This document shows positions 62,311 to 64,000 of a stretch of 64,000 nt of DNA, piece by piece; position 1 is the stretch's first letter; each line of letters begins with the position of its first letter. The notes below the pieces were generated by a model that ran no database searches, had not been told where the DNA came from, and saw only the letters and a program-made list of their open reading frames with translations. The translations under genes and the position numbers were made by a program. The stretch comes from Stegostoma tigrinum (taxonomy: Eukaryota): contig NC_081358.1 in assembly GCF_030684315.1 (NCBI RefSeq), forward strand, positions 12,012,142 through 12,076,141. The letters are read 5' to 3'.

Positions 62311-64000
62311 AAATCTCCTTTCCACCTTCTCTTTGATAACAGTCCCAGCTTTTCCAGGGTGAGCGTTTTAGTGGCTCACAAATTGTGAATTGTACTTGCC
62401 AATGGGAGTTAGCAGCAACTGGGGTCATGAGCTCCCGACTGTGCACAAGCAAAACAGACAAGAGAACTCAGCCAATGACTTCAAAATTAAATCGGGAGAT
62501 CGTCTGCCTGACCTTGGAAAGACTGGCAGAGATTTCAAACTTGACCATGTTTCTGCTTCTTTCTGCCTGTTGTATCAGATCCTTAGCCTGGATTTGTGAC
62601 TTTGCCTCACAGAAGCCTGTAACAAGGCCAAAAGTAAGGGGACAACAGCAAGTAGCTGCAGAAGTGGGTGGAGGGGAAACCGGCTCTTCACCCAGTCTTC
62701 TGCCTCTCAGGAACGTGCCTCACAAAGCCCTACATGAGTACATAAAATAACACATTTAGAAAGCACTTGAAAAACTCAGATCTATAATAAAAACTTTAGT
62801 AACTCTATACTGAAATGATATTTTGCTGTTTATTTATGTTGACTTCTGGGTTATATTAGTTTTCAAGTGTTAAAGTGGGCTCATATTTGAAAATAGTTAA
62901 TACTAACTTATTGAATCTGTAAGTGCAGGGTCACATTCATTTGGCCTTTAATCCCCTCTTGTAAATGTGTCTACTCTGTACCCAAACTGTACTTACTTTG
63001 AAGGTCTCCAAATTTCCAATTACTGTTTAGCACATCAATATTTAATTCCAATCAACCTTTGCCACATCTTTTTCCGACTCATCAAGTTATCTAGAGCAGC
63101 TCATTTGGGAAATTAGCTTCTGCTTAATGTATTTGCTACTATGCACTTCCATGTTAAACATTTACCAGTTAAGATCACAATACTATCTGTGATTTACCTT
63201 ATCTTATACATAAGGAACACTTGGATGCAACACAGGAATACACATTCCACTTTCTCCTCTGCAGTCTTAATACAACACATACTTCAAATAAACAAAGAGT
63301 TGACTCCTGTTTCTGGAAAGTAATCTTTGCAGGAAGGTTATTAGTGCAATTGTTCCACATTTTCACAGTTTCCATTGTTTTTCCTACCAACTGCAGCAAA
63401 GATACTTCATTTTTTTAAGGTGAAATTATAGATACAATCCCAGAGACCTTCAGTAACAAATTCTATCTAATTTCCAGCGGAATTTTCAACAGAAGACAAT
63501 TTAAGGGACACTACAATGGTGCAAACTTTAATGCAGTAAGAGGAAAATTCTTCTTCCCTAAGGGAAGGTACAAATACTTATTTTTTAACCACACCCTAAA
63601 CACTCAAATATAAGCTAAAAGAAAAAGGCTTATTCTTGCTCCCAACAGGCTCAGATTAGTTCTGCCCCTCGCTGGTTGGTTTGTGGATTGTGAGTCTTTG
63701 TGTCTAATTTTTTCCTTGCATATCCTACAAATTGAGATAGAAAGTGAGGGTGAAAGACATCAAGACTTATGTTTTTAATCTCCAGGTTAACAGCTACAAA
63801 TATTACAGACAAATATGCTCTGAATGACTGCACCAAATCATGGAGTTCAAATACTTGGATTTTGTACCATGGGATTGGATTGTTTGGAATTAAAGGACAA
63901 CGGTAAACATACGCAAAAGACTTGAAATCTTAAAGCATATTTTAAACATTCCTCTAAAAGTAATCTCACCTTTTCTAGCAAAAGTGCAAATTCAAAATTT

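Noticed and set aside
46420-64000. DEPTOR exon 1 or promoter
   Set aside because: No segment encoding MAEVLVTGEQL-like sequence with a donor and no CpG island seen; presumably outside the window

Overview
Eukaryotic genomic DNA, by its repeat content almost certainly from a shark or other elasmobranch. The window holds coding exons 2-9 of DEPTOR (DEP-DEP-PDZ mTOR inhibitor) on the minus strand. I reconstructed these by hand: all have canonical GT-AG sites and compatible phases, 1108 coding nt ending at TGA 7518-7520. Exon 1 was not found and probably lies beyond 64000. The introns are filled with CR1 and L2 LINE fragments, tRNA-derived SINEs (HE1/V-SINE type and a second family), a probable solo LTR and Penelope-like elements (PLE; RT C-terminus plus GIY-YIG). 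The most striking structure is a family of 175-230 bp palindromic insertions built from the PLE 3' terminus. Eight copies of the young family and two of older families are present, each flanked by a 13-17 bp target-site duplication. The young copies all turn around at a minimal hammerhead-ribozyme motif (CUGAnGA-stem II-GAAAC-GUC). A 2.9 kb PLE shows the same fold-back architecture at large scale. Also notable are two near-identical inverted CR1 copies that share a premature stop and bracket exon 5, and a duplicated ~260 bp non-TE block with a 71 bp identical core in intron 4. Exon and TSD coordinates were read base by base; boundaries of old repeats are approximate. No database searches were run.
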